Made by a program: the position numbers and the translations under genes. A model generated the notes under the pieces. That model did not search any database. It saw nothing but the letters and a program-made list of their open reading frames with translations, and was not told the DNA's origin. Positions 51,401-58,013 of a DNA stretch of 64,000 nucleotides are shown here, in pieces (positions within the stretch are counted from its first letter, which is position 1; the number at the start of each line of letters is the position of its first letter). Location of the stretch: positions 120,177 through 184,176 of the forward strand of contig WRLD01000001.1 of assembly GCA_009777845.1 (NCBI GenBank). Reading direction: 5' to 3'. The stretch comes from Defluviitaleaceae bacterium (GTDB lineage Bacteria > Bacillota > Clostridia > Lachnospirales > WQUN01).

Positions 51401-52358
51401 GGCTACTGCAACCGTGCCTATGCCTATAGGCGGCGGAAGCGTCACCGTAAACGCCGACTTTGAGGACTTAGAGGGCTTGGTGATTAACCAAATTTACAGC
51501 CGCGCGTTTAGTGCGGAGGGCGCGTTCTCGCACGGCTTTGTGGAGCTTTACAACGCTTCTGATACGGATTTTTCACTAGCTGGTAAATCCTTGCAGGTGC
51601 AAAACGTATCGGACGGCGCAGGGCATATCGCCGACCCATGGTTTGTGTTTGACTTTAGTGCGGAAATAGCCACGGATAAGCTAATAATGCCGCCAAAGAC
51701 CTCGTTCCTTATTGCTACCTCTCAGTCTGCGTACGGCACACGCCACAATATTACTGACGTAGACGGCGTAATCGACCTAGTCTTTAGCAACCGTAATATA
51801 AGCGTGGCGCTCGTAAACGGCACGGCACAGCTCTCGGAGCTAATAACCGCATCGGAAATGGACTATGTAATCGACCTAGTAGGCGCGTGGAACAACAACA
51901 ATAACGAGCGTGACAGAGTATACAGCTTTTGGGGCGAAGCGCCCGCGAGCCGTATTTCTAACCAGGAGGCCGCAAGGCGTATATGGGTTAGTGACGGCGC
52001 AGGCGGCCTTATGCCGCAAAACACAGGAAGCAACGTGGACGACTTCCACGGCGTACGCTACGGCAATACCGACCCCACACAGCCAGGCATATCGGACGAG
52101 GACTTCGCGATAATGAAGCCGCGTTCTAGTGCAGAGGGCGCGTTGATGTTTGGGTTTGGTATGGGTGAGGTGGGGGAATTGGAGGAATTGGAAATGACCT
52201 CGCCTGGGGCTTTGGTTGTGGGTATGTCGGAGGGGGTAGAGGGTGTGGACGGTGTAGAGGGTGAGGGTGGTAGTGCGGACGGTGATGTGATGGAGGGGGT
52301 AGAGGTGGTTGCTGTGGATAATCGGGAGGATAGGCGTAGGAGGGGTATGGTAAGGTAG
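45480..52358 (+). CDS. Giant secreted protein (2,292 aa) with five lamin-tail-like (LTD) domains and three ~296-aa tandem modules
   Basis: TTG start 9 nt after AGGGGG, with a signal peptide. LTD-like blocks (LINQVYGQG..SHGFIELYN.T...I.L.G.SLQ) lie near nt 45590, 46605, 47300, 47815 and 51480. The C-terminus is Gly/Glu/Val-rich and ends RRRRGMVR. Confidence 0.7.
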   Translation: MLNKNRHIALFLALFMLLSSTLSTMPITALGDTAKQTILINQVYGQGSPGTNAISHGFIELYNTTNKDIELDGMSLQLSNGGDDWHVLPLTDQVIPALSSFLVVSTDWYNDNSRSEAVHADAREHRVRYVIEAYDMEWDVQFSNSQMSVILAEGHEALELDNKGVITENERVIDLVGAVSTSGEIANSMKNPASSFSRQSSLRRINLQNTGDNEADFERVDFRLPSDESYDVSAYVTPEWNILPARNESGITDNQLESLRPRYSGDGEWSGVAVPLFAVSVKGTAAEQTTISPAEAQPQGTPITVTVTPPYGQHFAADANSKITVPGLMGFLGLNNFSVTVAADRLSASGEFIMPAKNVELTVDASFSANHIEPNVLINQVYGQGSPGANAVSHGFIELYNPTHSSIDLNNYSLQILNGARGSGGSGTLADDLGKWLVLPLRGEVIPARSSFLVVSTDWYNDNSRSVLLPQEVRNHRVRHVIRDWDLAWDVPMSNNHLSVALVRGDRPLSNGNNEVTARGTAAAQATFSPAGTHPYQTPMTMTVTAPFGKQFAAQAGDVIPLRGAADVSLRVEPNRHTAIGHFNMPVGGGSFTINQDLFEDVSIEPNIIINQIANDFIELFNPTDQTISMGRYSLQVFNADENAWRVMPLTARSIPARSSYLVAHHDFDGKADMRTHNIFASPMSVAIVHGTSALLPQNGVTLAELSRLVDYVSDADFSENTSIRRKDFQNTRNNSYDFEQIDFRLPTEAVRNARPRTTADGAYTTPSALTVDTADIMIRQINNSIELYNPTNQAIALDGFSLQALGNNTWQVLPLAEQKIAARSSFLVVGKDWKNDNYDMEWEIELKNIVAALVTGDEPLQNAGGIIEPSQMPRVAALAADTEGPDTPHYSKDGAWQAVATSPKSNVIDPEEEWRIIDLVGAVNEPDIIPNFWGEGPATGISRNVAIRRRGSFRNTHNNRTDFERIDYRLPSVGEDTTFFDFDDNWGYISPARNSSGITEARLLRFMPRFTGSGAWPDDDDDQIVMLIINGSDMARTNIHPSNSEPVETKMTVTITAPEGYRFVAPAGTPLVVTGMEDVEIFVTSTRLSAVGTFEMPRGGGTITAVVEFEPLPVPTGAVVAGLTITDVEAVANDSYNPTISHFTGTTGVYGPALRLTAWDDNKQVLIGTAGTERTPIVFNNASLLAGNTWRPAWDTSINHAPAFQIRVPTSGFKDLRLYTSQKSTGSGPDEFVLAYRVGSEGEFTHIPDSTVRPHRIGNDTYSALQSSYWDFALPEELDNQPIVYLRAVFSGSGELERAGNTSINDIVIRGTVMDDVKTFILNPNPVTINNTHLYAEVEALGSAVDDISIGEWSPPLPEGVTVDLIDDELIIIEGVRPLAGQPDIIGTYRNTVTREGLTTELVVNVNLTAPPAGILLAEIVERSSRATAINTNIPEESYFGATGGFYWNTARLTAWDDNTQIRIGTTDRDRTPIVIENNAMLGTNDWRTARDVGLMNAPAFQLQFSTEGFTNVRFYSSQKSTNSGPDEFILAYRVGDVGDFIPLPDSSILTYRDVAGDNTYAALESSYDDYLLPEDMFDKETVYLRVIFNGVTSLIRNGNTSINDIALYGDSLGKVLILTPNPATLTDDSPSATVEVSGVGDADITIGEWSPPLPSGVTAQVVGGSIVINGIRPVKGEPNILDTFTTTVTCDDITAPLTLHVNLTSPPTGLILASLTETSQTATAVNNSTPAESHFVGNGGLFGSDFRLTAWDNNTQRLIGFAGTARTPIVYNNASLASTNPWRTARNIGILNAPAFQMSFKTTGYENIRFSASQKSTGSGPDEFILAYRIGDTGPFTEIQNSTMRPVRVTNDTYGALRPTYTNFALPVEATDKETVQLRVIFNGPSNLARGGNTSINDIIIYGDEISQRFSLTAVGTAAAQTAFYPTTPQSANMPTTITVTAPVGKRFASSDPIAVTGAVSAALQVAANRRTATATVPMPIGGGSVTVNADFEDLEGLVINQIYSRAFSAEGAFSHGFVELYNASDTDFSLAGKSLQVQNVSDGAGHIADPWFVFDFSAEIATDKLIMPPKTSFLIATSQSAYGTRHNITDVDGVIDLVFSNRNISVALVNGTAQLSELITASEMDYVIDLVGAWNNNNNERDRVYSFWGEAPASRISNQEAARRIWVSDGAGGLMPQNTGSNVDDFHGVRYGNTDPTQPGISDEDFAIMKPRSSAEGALMFGFGMGEVGELEELEMTSPGALVVGMSEGVEGVDGVEGEGGSADGDVMEGVEVVAVDNREDRRRRGMVR
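48837..51215 (+). repeat. Intragenic tandem repeat, 888-bp period (2 full copies plus a ~600-bp third copy)
   Basis: Units start at 48837, 49725 and 50613. The conserved blocks are RLTAWDDN, NAPAFQ, SQKSTGSGPDEF(V/I)LAYR(V/I)G and GNTSINDI. Copies are divergent, roughly half of residues identical by eye. Confidence 0.7.
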
Positions 52359-52398
52359 GTGCGGATTTAATGAATTTATACGGATTATTATTAAACAT

Positions 52399-52533
52399 AA
52401 ACACGGATTTAACGGATTTTCACGGATTACGCGGATTCGTTCGTACGAAAATCCGCTTGTGCGAAATCCACGAAAATCCGACAGGCACGATAAAATCCGC
52501 GTAAATCTGCGTAAATCCGCATAATCCGTGTTT
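52399..52533. repeat. Family A inner palindrome, long variant (135 bp), left copy
   Basis: AAACACGGATTTAACGGATTTTCACGGATTACGCGGATTCGTTCGTACGAAAATCCGC...GCGTAAATCTGCGTAAATCCGCATAATCCGTGTTT is near-identical to 53051-53185. Confidence 0.8.
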
Positions 52534-52583
52534 AACAATCACTTGTTAAACCAACCAATGCCAACAAATTAGTGACGGTTAAT

Positions 52584-52999
52584 TGTAGGGGACGGATTTA
52601 TCCGTCCCGAGGTATGCACGCTCGTCAATTCGAGGACGGATAACGTCCAGTAACACAGAGCGCGGTAATCTCGGGACGGATAAATCCGTCCCCTACAAAA
52701 AACCGCCACCAATCCCAAGTCTTAACCTACTGGCATTTGTAGGGGACGGATTTATCCGTCCCGAGGTATGCACGCTCGTCAATTCGAGGACGGATAACGT
52801 CCAGTAACGCAGAACGCGGTAATCTCGGGACGGATAAATCCGTCCCCTACAAAAAACCGCTACCAAGCCTAAATCTTAACCTACTTGCATTTGTAGGGGA
52901 CGGATTTATCCGTCCCGACCCCCGCACGTTCTGACAGAATTTGCTCGCTCTAAAATGATAAACGTACGCATATCGGGGCGGACAAGTCCGCCCCCTACA
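52584..52999. repeat. Tandem array of three family C units (C6, C7, degenerate C8), period ~154 bp
   Basis: C6 is 52584-52697, C7 is 52738-52851 and C8 is 52892-52999. The ~40-bp spacers are homologous (AAAAAACCGC(C/T)ACCAA..CTTAACCTAC(T)TGCATT). C8 has a different core and a GGGGCGGACAAGTCCGCCCC right hairpin. Confidence 0.8.
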
Positions 53000-53050
53000 A
53001 AAACCTTGCCATTGGCAGTCACACACCAAAAGCAGATTTTTAGAAACATA

Positions 53051-53185
53051 AAACACGGATTTAACGGATTTTCACGGATTACGCGGATTCGTTCGTGCGA
53101 AAATTCGCTTGTGCGAAATCCACGAAAATTCGATAAGCACGATAAAATCCGCGTAAATCTGCGTAAATCCGCATAATCCGTGTTT
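53051..53185. repeat. Family A inner palindrome, long variant, right copy (direct repeat of 52399-52533)
   Basis: Same sequence with a few substitutions (GTGCGAAAATTCGC, AAAATTCGATAAGC). Confidence 0.8.
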
Positions 53186-53253
53186 AATTCTTCACAAAGC
53201 AGGTAGATGTGTATCGTTTGTGTGGGAATTTTTATGATAAGGAGTAAGCAAGC

Positions 53254-53733
53254 ATGTTGAATAATATGCACTCATTGCCTTTGTTAATAAGAAATAACAT
53301 TATTTCAATTGTTGCACATTCTTGTATATGCTTTATATCGCTACCATTTTTTCTTCTTATTCGGAATAAATTGATTCCGAGTATGTCATCAGATTTAATA
53401 TTTTTATTATATGATTCTATAGTGGCAGCGATTAGTATTATTATCTTTATTTTTTTGTATTTTTGGGTAGGCAGGAAGTTTTTAACAAGCACACATAATA
53501 TTTTAACAGATGGATTGTCTGTAATAGGATTGTTAATTTTGCTTATTATTTGTGCAATTGCATATTTCATATGTGAAGCATATGTGATAATGATGTTTTT
53601 GATGCCAATCGGTCTAATTAGTGGTGCTATAGCACACCTTCTTCATGTTAATGCAATGTATGTCTGCTTTATAATGTCAATACTGCCATCTTTATGTATG
53701 TGGACGGGAATGATTTTAAAAAACAAGGCTTAA
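53254..53733 (+). CDS. Hypothetical polytopic membrane protein in an AT-rich islet
   Basis: 159 aa with AAGGAG 8 nt upstream and 4-5 hydrophobic helices. Codon usage and base composition are visibly AT-rich compared with all neighbours. I recognise no family. Confidence 0.5.
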   Translation: MLNNMHSLPLLIRNNIISIVAHSCICFISLPFFLLIRNKLIPSMSSDLIFLLYDSIVAAISIIIFIFLYFWVGRKFLTSTHNILTDGLSVIGLLILLIICAIAYFICEAYVIMMFLMPIGLISGAIAHLLHVNAMYVCFIMSILPSLCMWTGMILKNKA

Positions 53734-53879
53734 AAGATTGCACACCCTGTCATTTTAATCGGGATAAATAAGCAATAATCTTGATTTGCATGGTTAATAT
53801 GATATAAACAACCGTTTAACCGCCGTAACTGATACTATGCCTACCTCACCCGCAACTCCACCCCAACCCCCTCCCATGC

Positions 53880-55487
53880 CTATCCTCCAACCACCCCATA
53901 AAACCCCAGCTTGGCCGAAAGCTGTCTGTCAAACATCAGCGGGAAGCCCCACGACCGCCAGTTTGTGGCATCGTCTAGCCCCCATAAAGTTACGCGGTCT
54001 ATCACATCGGCGTGCTTCTTAAAAATTTCAAACAAGCTAGAATATAACTCCGATTGTGCTATTTCTAGCTCTGGCGGCATTTTGTGTGATAATTCGACGG
54101 AAAGGGGCAACGCCCCCGTCACCACATCTAGCTCCGTTATACTTACAGATATTCCCAGCTCCGCAAACCGCTCAATCGAAGCCTCCACATCGCTAGGCAT
54201 TGTGTCCAAGCTGTAATGCGCCTGCATACCTACGCCGTGTATGGGTACGCCCTTTTCGAGCAATTCCTGTATCATATAAAAAACCGCTTCCCGCTTGCCT
54301 ACGCCGTCTAGGTTGTAATCGTTGTAAATTAGCCTCGCGCTTGGGTCGGCTTCGTGTGCCGCGCGGAACGCAAGCTCGATATAGTCACTGCCAAGCGCGG
54401 CAAGCCACGGCGTTTGGCGAAGCAGCTCGCGCCAGTTGGCGTGGTCTGCGTTCTCGGGTACATAGCTCGGAAATGCCTCGTTTACTACGTCCCAGGCCAC
54501 GAGCCTGCCCTTGTAATACGTCACGACCTCGCCGATATGTGTCCGCATGTTCTGCAAGGCCTCCTCGGGGCTTATGCCTTCGCGGTTTAGCCACTCGGGC
54601 GACTGCTCGTGCCAGACTAGCGTATGCCCGATTAGGCTCATGCCGTCAAGCGCGTTTACGATTTCGTCGGCCGCGCTAAATGTAAAAATTCCGCGCCTGT
54701 TTTGCAATGCGTCGGGCTTCATGTCGTTTCCTGCGGTTATTGCGTTAAAATGGTGGCGTACAAATTCCAAGCGCGTGCCATGCAAATCTCGCCGCGAAAC
54801 AGCCGTGCCAACCAAAAAATAGTCCTCGAAAACCTCGCAAAGCCGCGGAAGCGAGGCATCAAACGAATAATCAATAGCCATAAGGCTAAAAAACACGTCG
54901 TCGATAAAAAAATCCGTGTCCTTGCCCGCTAGGTTTGTTTCGATATAGACATTAACTGTATCAAAATCATAGAAACTTAATGTGCCGCCAATAAACGACC
55001 ATTCGCCCGCCCGCGCCGTGACGCTTGCGCCGCCGAAGTTACGCCAGAAAGGCTCTCCGTCCTTGATAAACTCCGCCGAAAGCACAAAGCTCGTGTCCTC
55101 GTCCACAGGCATGACCCACATAGAAAACGCGTGTTCCTCAAAGGCAACGGCCTGCTCCGTCACATTAACCGCAATTCCGTTCCACGGCTCGTTTCGCCCC
55201 GTGACCTTCAGCGAAAATTCGCCAGTATGCGAAGCCTCGCTCGTACGCGATAGCTGCTCGAAGCCGCGTGCGAAAAAGCCGTAATCGCCCGATTCAAATG
55301 AAATTATGTCGTGGTTTTGCGGCGTTTCCGTAAAGGCTACGATTGGCTCGGGGGTGGTTTGGGTTTGGGCTTGTTGGTGGAGTTCGGGCTGGGATTCTTG
55401 TTGCGCTTCTAGTTGTGTTTCAAGGGGCATACTATCTGTACACGCAGAAAAGGCTAGTAGCAGGATAAGGATTAGGAACTTTTTCAT
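53880..55487 (-). CDS. GH10 endo-1,4-beta-xylanase lipoprotein with N-terminal CBM4_9/CBM22-like module
   Basis: The lipobox is LLAFSAC. The GH10 blocks are GHTLVWHEQSPEW, WDVVNEA (acid/base) and ITELDV (nucleophile). Confidence 0.85.
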   Translation of the reverse strand: MKKFLILILLLAFSACTDSMPLETQLEAQQESQPELHQQAQTQTTPEPIVAFTETPQNHDIISFESGDYGFFARGFEQLSRTSEASHTGEFSLKVTGRNEPWNGIAVNVTEQAVAFEEHAFSMWVMPVDEDTSFVLSAEFIKDGEPFWRNFGGASVTARAGEWSFIGGTLSFYDFDTVNVYIETNLAGKDTDFFIDDVFFSLMAIDYSFDASLPRLCEVFEDYFLVGTAVSRRDLHGTRLEFVRHHFNAITAGNDMKPDALQNRRGIFTFSAADEIVNALDGMSLIGHTLVWHEQSPEWLNREGISPEEALQNMRTHIGEVVTYYKGRLVAWDVVNEAFPSYVPENADHANWRELLRQTPWLAALGSDYIELAFRAAHEADPSARLIYNDYNLDGVGKREAVFYMIQELLEKGVPIHGVGMQAHYSLDTMPSDVEASIERFAELGISVSITELDVVTGALPLSVELSHKMPPELEIAQSELYSSLFEIFKKHADVIDRVTLWGLDDATNWRSWGFPLMFDRQLSAKLGFYGVVGG

Positions 55488-55516
55488 AATTAAATACCTC
55501 CGAATTTTTTTCGTAT

Positions 55517-55857
55517 GACGGAACGCGGATTTTCGCGGAGTTGGCGGATTTTAAAGGCATGGAACGCGGATTTTCGCGGATTTAACGGATTTTCGCGGAT
55601 TTTTTCTCGCGTTCATTAAAAGCTAACGGAACACGCACCTTACTACGCAGATTTAATGGATTCAAGGGCTTCACACGGATTTAACGGATTTTCACGGATT
55701 ACGCGGATTGGCTCGTGGGAAAGTCCACGAAAATCCGATAAGCCCGATAAAATCCGCATAATCTGCGTAAATCCGCGTTTTGTGGTTTTAAAATCCGCGA
55801 GAATCCGCCAAATCCGCGGAAATCCGCGTTCCATTATCTTTAAAATCCGCATTCCAT
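55517..55857. mobile_element. Family A element, copy A-8 (core 55559-55834) with flanking partial ends
   Basis: ATGGAACGCGGATTTTCGCGGATTTAACGGATTTTCGCGGATTTTTTC...GAGAATCCGCCAAATCCGCGGAAATCCGCGTTCCAT. It contains a nested inner palindrome at ~55673-55790. Confidence 0.7.
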
Positions 55858-55896
55858 GCCTTTAAAAGAGGAAACGCCCCCCATACCCCCACCCTA

Positions 55897-55954
55897 AAGG
55901 CTTCGAGGCGACATTCCCACCAAGCACCAGTCGGAGAAAAGGGGCAACGCCCCC
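55897..55954 (-). repeat. Family D element, copy D5 (short form, minus strand)
   Basis: The reverse complement is GGGGCGTTGCCCCTTTTCTCCGACTGGTGCTTGGTGGGAATGTCGCCTCGAAGCCTT. It follows the capA-like TGA stop after a G-run. Confidence 0.75.
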
Positions 55955-55959
55955 CCCCC

Positions 55960-57486
55960 TCACTTCCACGGCAAGCTCCCCCAAAGCGGCAGCCCTGGAA
56001 ATTCCTCACGCGTTCTACTTCGCGTTATTTCATATTCGTGTAGCATTTCCCTCAGCGGTTCGCCTGAAAACATATGGGTCACGTCGCGGTGTACCTCCTG
56101 CAAGCGCGAGGTGTACTGGATATAGTCGTCCTGCTCCGCGGTAAGCAACGCTTCTGTCACGGGCAGGACGGTAAACGTCTGCGGCTGTACCCAAATCGGC
56201 GCGTAGGAAGCCGCCGCGATATACGCCGCGCCGTTTTCGTCACGCGCGAGGTCTACGTAAATAATCGCGCTCGTTTCTCGCGGAGCGGTACGCTGTCCCG
56301 ATATAAAGTTGGCGAGCGAATACGCCATAAATCCGCGGCGGGTGCGTTCGCCGTCGTTTACATAAACAAATTCCGCAGGCAAAAGCGTGTGGGGGTGGTG
56401 GTTCAAAACCATGTCCGCGCCCTCGTCCAAGAACAAATGAAGCGTACGCATCCAGTTGACCCAGCGCGTGTCGCTTGTGTCGAAATTGTCCCAGCGATGC
56501 CCCGCCCCGCGGTTCATTGTGCCGTAATATTCTATGCCAATGTGCGGCAAAACGACAATAAAATCGGTGTTTAGCTCGCGTGCGCGCGCCATGCTCGCGC
56601 GAATCATGTCGTAATCAATCGTGGCTTGTTCCACAAGGTCGTGATAGATAATTTTTACCATATAATTATGCTCGCCTAGGTCAATGCCGTTGGTGTGCAT
56701 TGTGAAGCTCAAGACGGCAATCGAAAATCCATTTACTTCCACCACGGCGATTTCGTCGCGCGCCTCGGGCGTGAGGTACGTGCCGGTAAACATCAGCCCC
56801 ACCTCGTCCAAGATTTCCATAGTGGAACGCACGCCTGCCGCGCCCGCGTCAAAGCTGTGGTTGTTGCCCGTAGTCACCATGTCGAAGCCTGCGTTTACGA
56901 GAGCCTCCGCAAACGCCTTGGGCGAGCGGAACAAAGGCCAGCCAGCGTAGCCCTCGCGGACAAGGGTGGTTTCCAAGTTGCCGATTGCGAAGTCTGCCGC
57001 CTGTATGTACGGCGCGATGTAGCGGAATGCGTAGTTGAAGTTGTATTCGTCTTGTGCTTGGGAATGGGCTTGTGCTTCGGTTTGGGCTTGTGCTTGAGAA
57101 TGGGAAACACGAGCCGCATTAAGTTGGTCGGCATGGCACATAATATCGCCCACGAAAGCAAGTCGTGCCGAGGGCATGGGAATTTCGTCCGTGGTGGGGT
57201 TTTCTGATGTGGGTTCGCCTGTGGCGGTGTTCGTTCCGTCCGCAGGTTCGCCTGTGTTGGTATTCATTTCGTCCGTGGCGTGGTTTTCTGATGTTCCGTG
57301 TGCTTCGAGGTTTCCGCGTTCCGATTGCCCCACTCGTTCGTCCCCTGCTTCGGGAACAACAGCCAACACATCTTGAGTGTCACGCCCACGCCCATCAGAA
57401 AAAATAATAGCCGCCAAAATCGCCACAATAAAAAGAGTAGCCACTGAAGCAAACAGCACCCACAAATAATATGTTTTTTTTGACAT
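55960..57486 (-). CDS. CapA-family (PGA_cap metallophosphatase-like) membrane-anchored protein
   Basis: The start is set at the ATG at 57486 (AAGGGGG upstream), and the longer ORF begins inside a repeat. LAFVGDIMCHADQ...GNLETTL...VTTGNNHSFDAG...SIAVLSFT is the CapA pattern. There is a QAQAQTEAQAHSQAQ low-complexity insert. Confidence 0.7.
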   Translation of the reverse strand: MSKKTYYLWVLFASVATLFIVAILAAIIFSDGRGRDTQDVLAVVPEAGDERVGQSERGNLEAHGTSENHATDEMNTNTGEPADGTNTATGEPTSENPTTDEIPMPSARLAFVGDIMCHADQLNAARVSHSQAQAQTEAQAHSQAQDEYNFNYAFRYIAPYIQAADFAIGNLETTLVREGYAGWPLFRSPKAFAEALVNAGFDMVTTGNNHSFDAGAAGVRSTMEILDEVGLMFTGTYLTPEARDEIAVVEVNGFSIAVLSFTMHTNGIDLGEHNYMVKIIYHDLVEQATIDYDMIRASMARARELNTDFIVVLPHIGIEYYGTMNRGAGHRWDNFDTSDTRWVNWMRTLHLFLDEGADMVLNHHPHTLLPAEFVYVNDGERTRRGFMAYSLANFISGQRTAPRETSAIIYVDLARDENGAAYIAAASYAPIWVQPQTFTVLPVTEALLTAEQDDYIQYTSRLQEVHRDVTHMFSGEPLREMLHEYEITRSRTREEFPGLPLWGSLPWK

Positions 57487-57504
57487 GGTAGCCCCCTTGT
57501 GGTT

Positions 57505-57545
57505 GTTTTTTGTATGGGACGGATTTATCCGTCCCATACAAAAAA
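57505..57545. repeat. Core-less family C palindrome (single perfect hairpin)
   Basis: TTTTTTGTATGGGACGGATTTATCCGTCCCATACAAAAAA has ~19-bp arms around TT. Confidence 0.85.
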
Positions 57546-57576
57546 CTTGCAATCATTTTTTACACGGTCGTGTATC

Positions 57577-57688
57577 GTAGGGGACGGATTTATCCGTCCC
57601 GAGATTACCTCGCTCTGCGTTAATGGACGTTACCTGCCCCGAAATGACGAGCGTGCGTATCTCGGGACGGATAAATCCGTCCCCTACA
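57577..57688. repeat. Family C element, copy C10
   Basis: GTAGGGGACGGATTTATCCGTCCCGAGATTACCTCGCTCTGCGTTAATGGACG...CTCGGGACGGATAAATCCGTCCCCTACA. Confidence 0.85.
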
Positions 57689-57733
57689 AAAAACCTGCAA
57701 TTCCCTTAACTTGACAGTGGATTTCAAGTGATT

Positions 57734-57842
57734 AAAACACGGATTTAACGGATTTACGCGGATTCGGCGGATATAGCGGACGTAGCGAATTTTCCCACGA
57801 ACGAATCCGCATAATCCGCGAAAATCCGTTAAATCCGTGTTT
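57734..57842. repeat. Family A inner palindrome, solo copy
   Basis: AAAACACGGATTTAACGGATTTACGCGGATTCGGCGG...GAATCCGCATAATCCGCGAAAATCCGTTAAATCCGTGTTT. Confidence 0.75.
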
Positions 57843-57907
57843 AATAATACTTTAAATCCGCACTCCATTTAATAATCCGTCAAATCCGTGTTTGATAAAC
57901 AATAATC

Positions 57908-58013
57908 TACGCAGACGTGAAAATCATTCACGGAGCAAACGCCTGCAATTGCCTTTTAATTACGCAGACGTGAAAATCATTCACGGAGCGAACGCCCGCA
58001 ATTGCCTTTTTAT
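57908..58013. repeat. 53-bp tandem duplication (x2) spanning the 3' end of the BspA-like gene
   Basis: TACGCAGACGTGAAAATCATTCACGGAGC(A/G)AACGCC(T/C)GCAATTGCCTTTT.AT appears twice (50/53 identical). Each unit contains the stop codon and last ~10 codons (..KRQLRAFAP) plus a CGTGAA/TTCACG hairpin. Confidence 0.8.

Noticed and set aside
51876-52538. 220-aa minus-strand ORF spanning the end of the giant gene and the adjacent repeats.
   Set aside because: It is half antisense to the LTD protein tail (a Pro/His/Thr-rich mirror of the G/E/V-rich tail) and half family A repeat translation.
52584-52999. Possible CRISPR array, considered because of regularly spaced palindromic repeats here and at 4086-4494.
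   Set aside because: The units are ~113 bp with homologous (not unique) 40-bp spacers. The same elements are dispersed singly in both orientations, and no cas genes or leader are present.
57040-57115. GGGCTTGTGCTT-type microsatellite encoding the QAQAQTEAQAHSQAQ insert in the CapA-like protein as a phase-variation tract.
   Set aside because: The repeats are imperfect and in frame. I see nothing beyond an ordinary low-complexity linker.
57505-57545. Rho-independent (bidirectional) terminator between the BspA-like and capA-like genes.
   Set aside because: The T-run precedes and the A-run follows the stem on both strands, so they simply extend the hairpin. No U-tract would follow the stem in the RNA.
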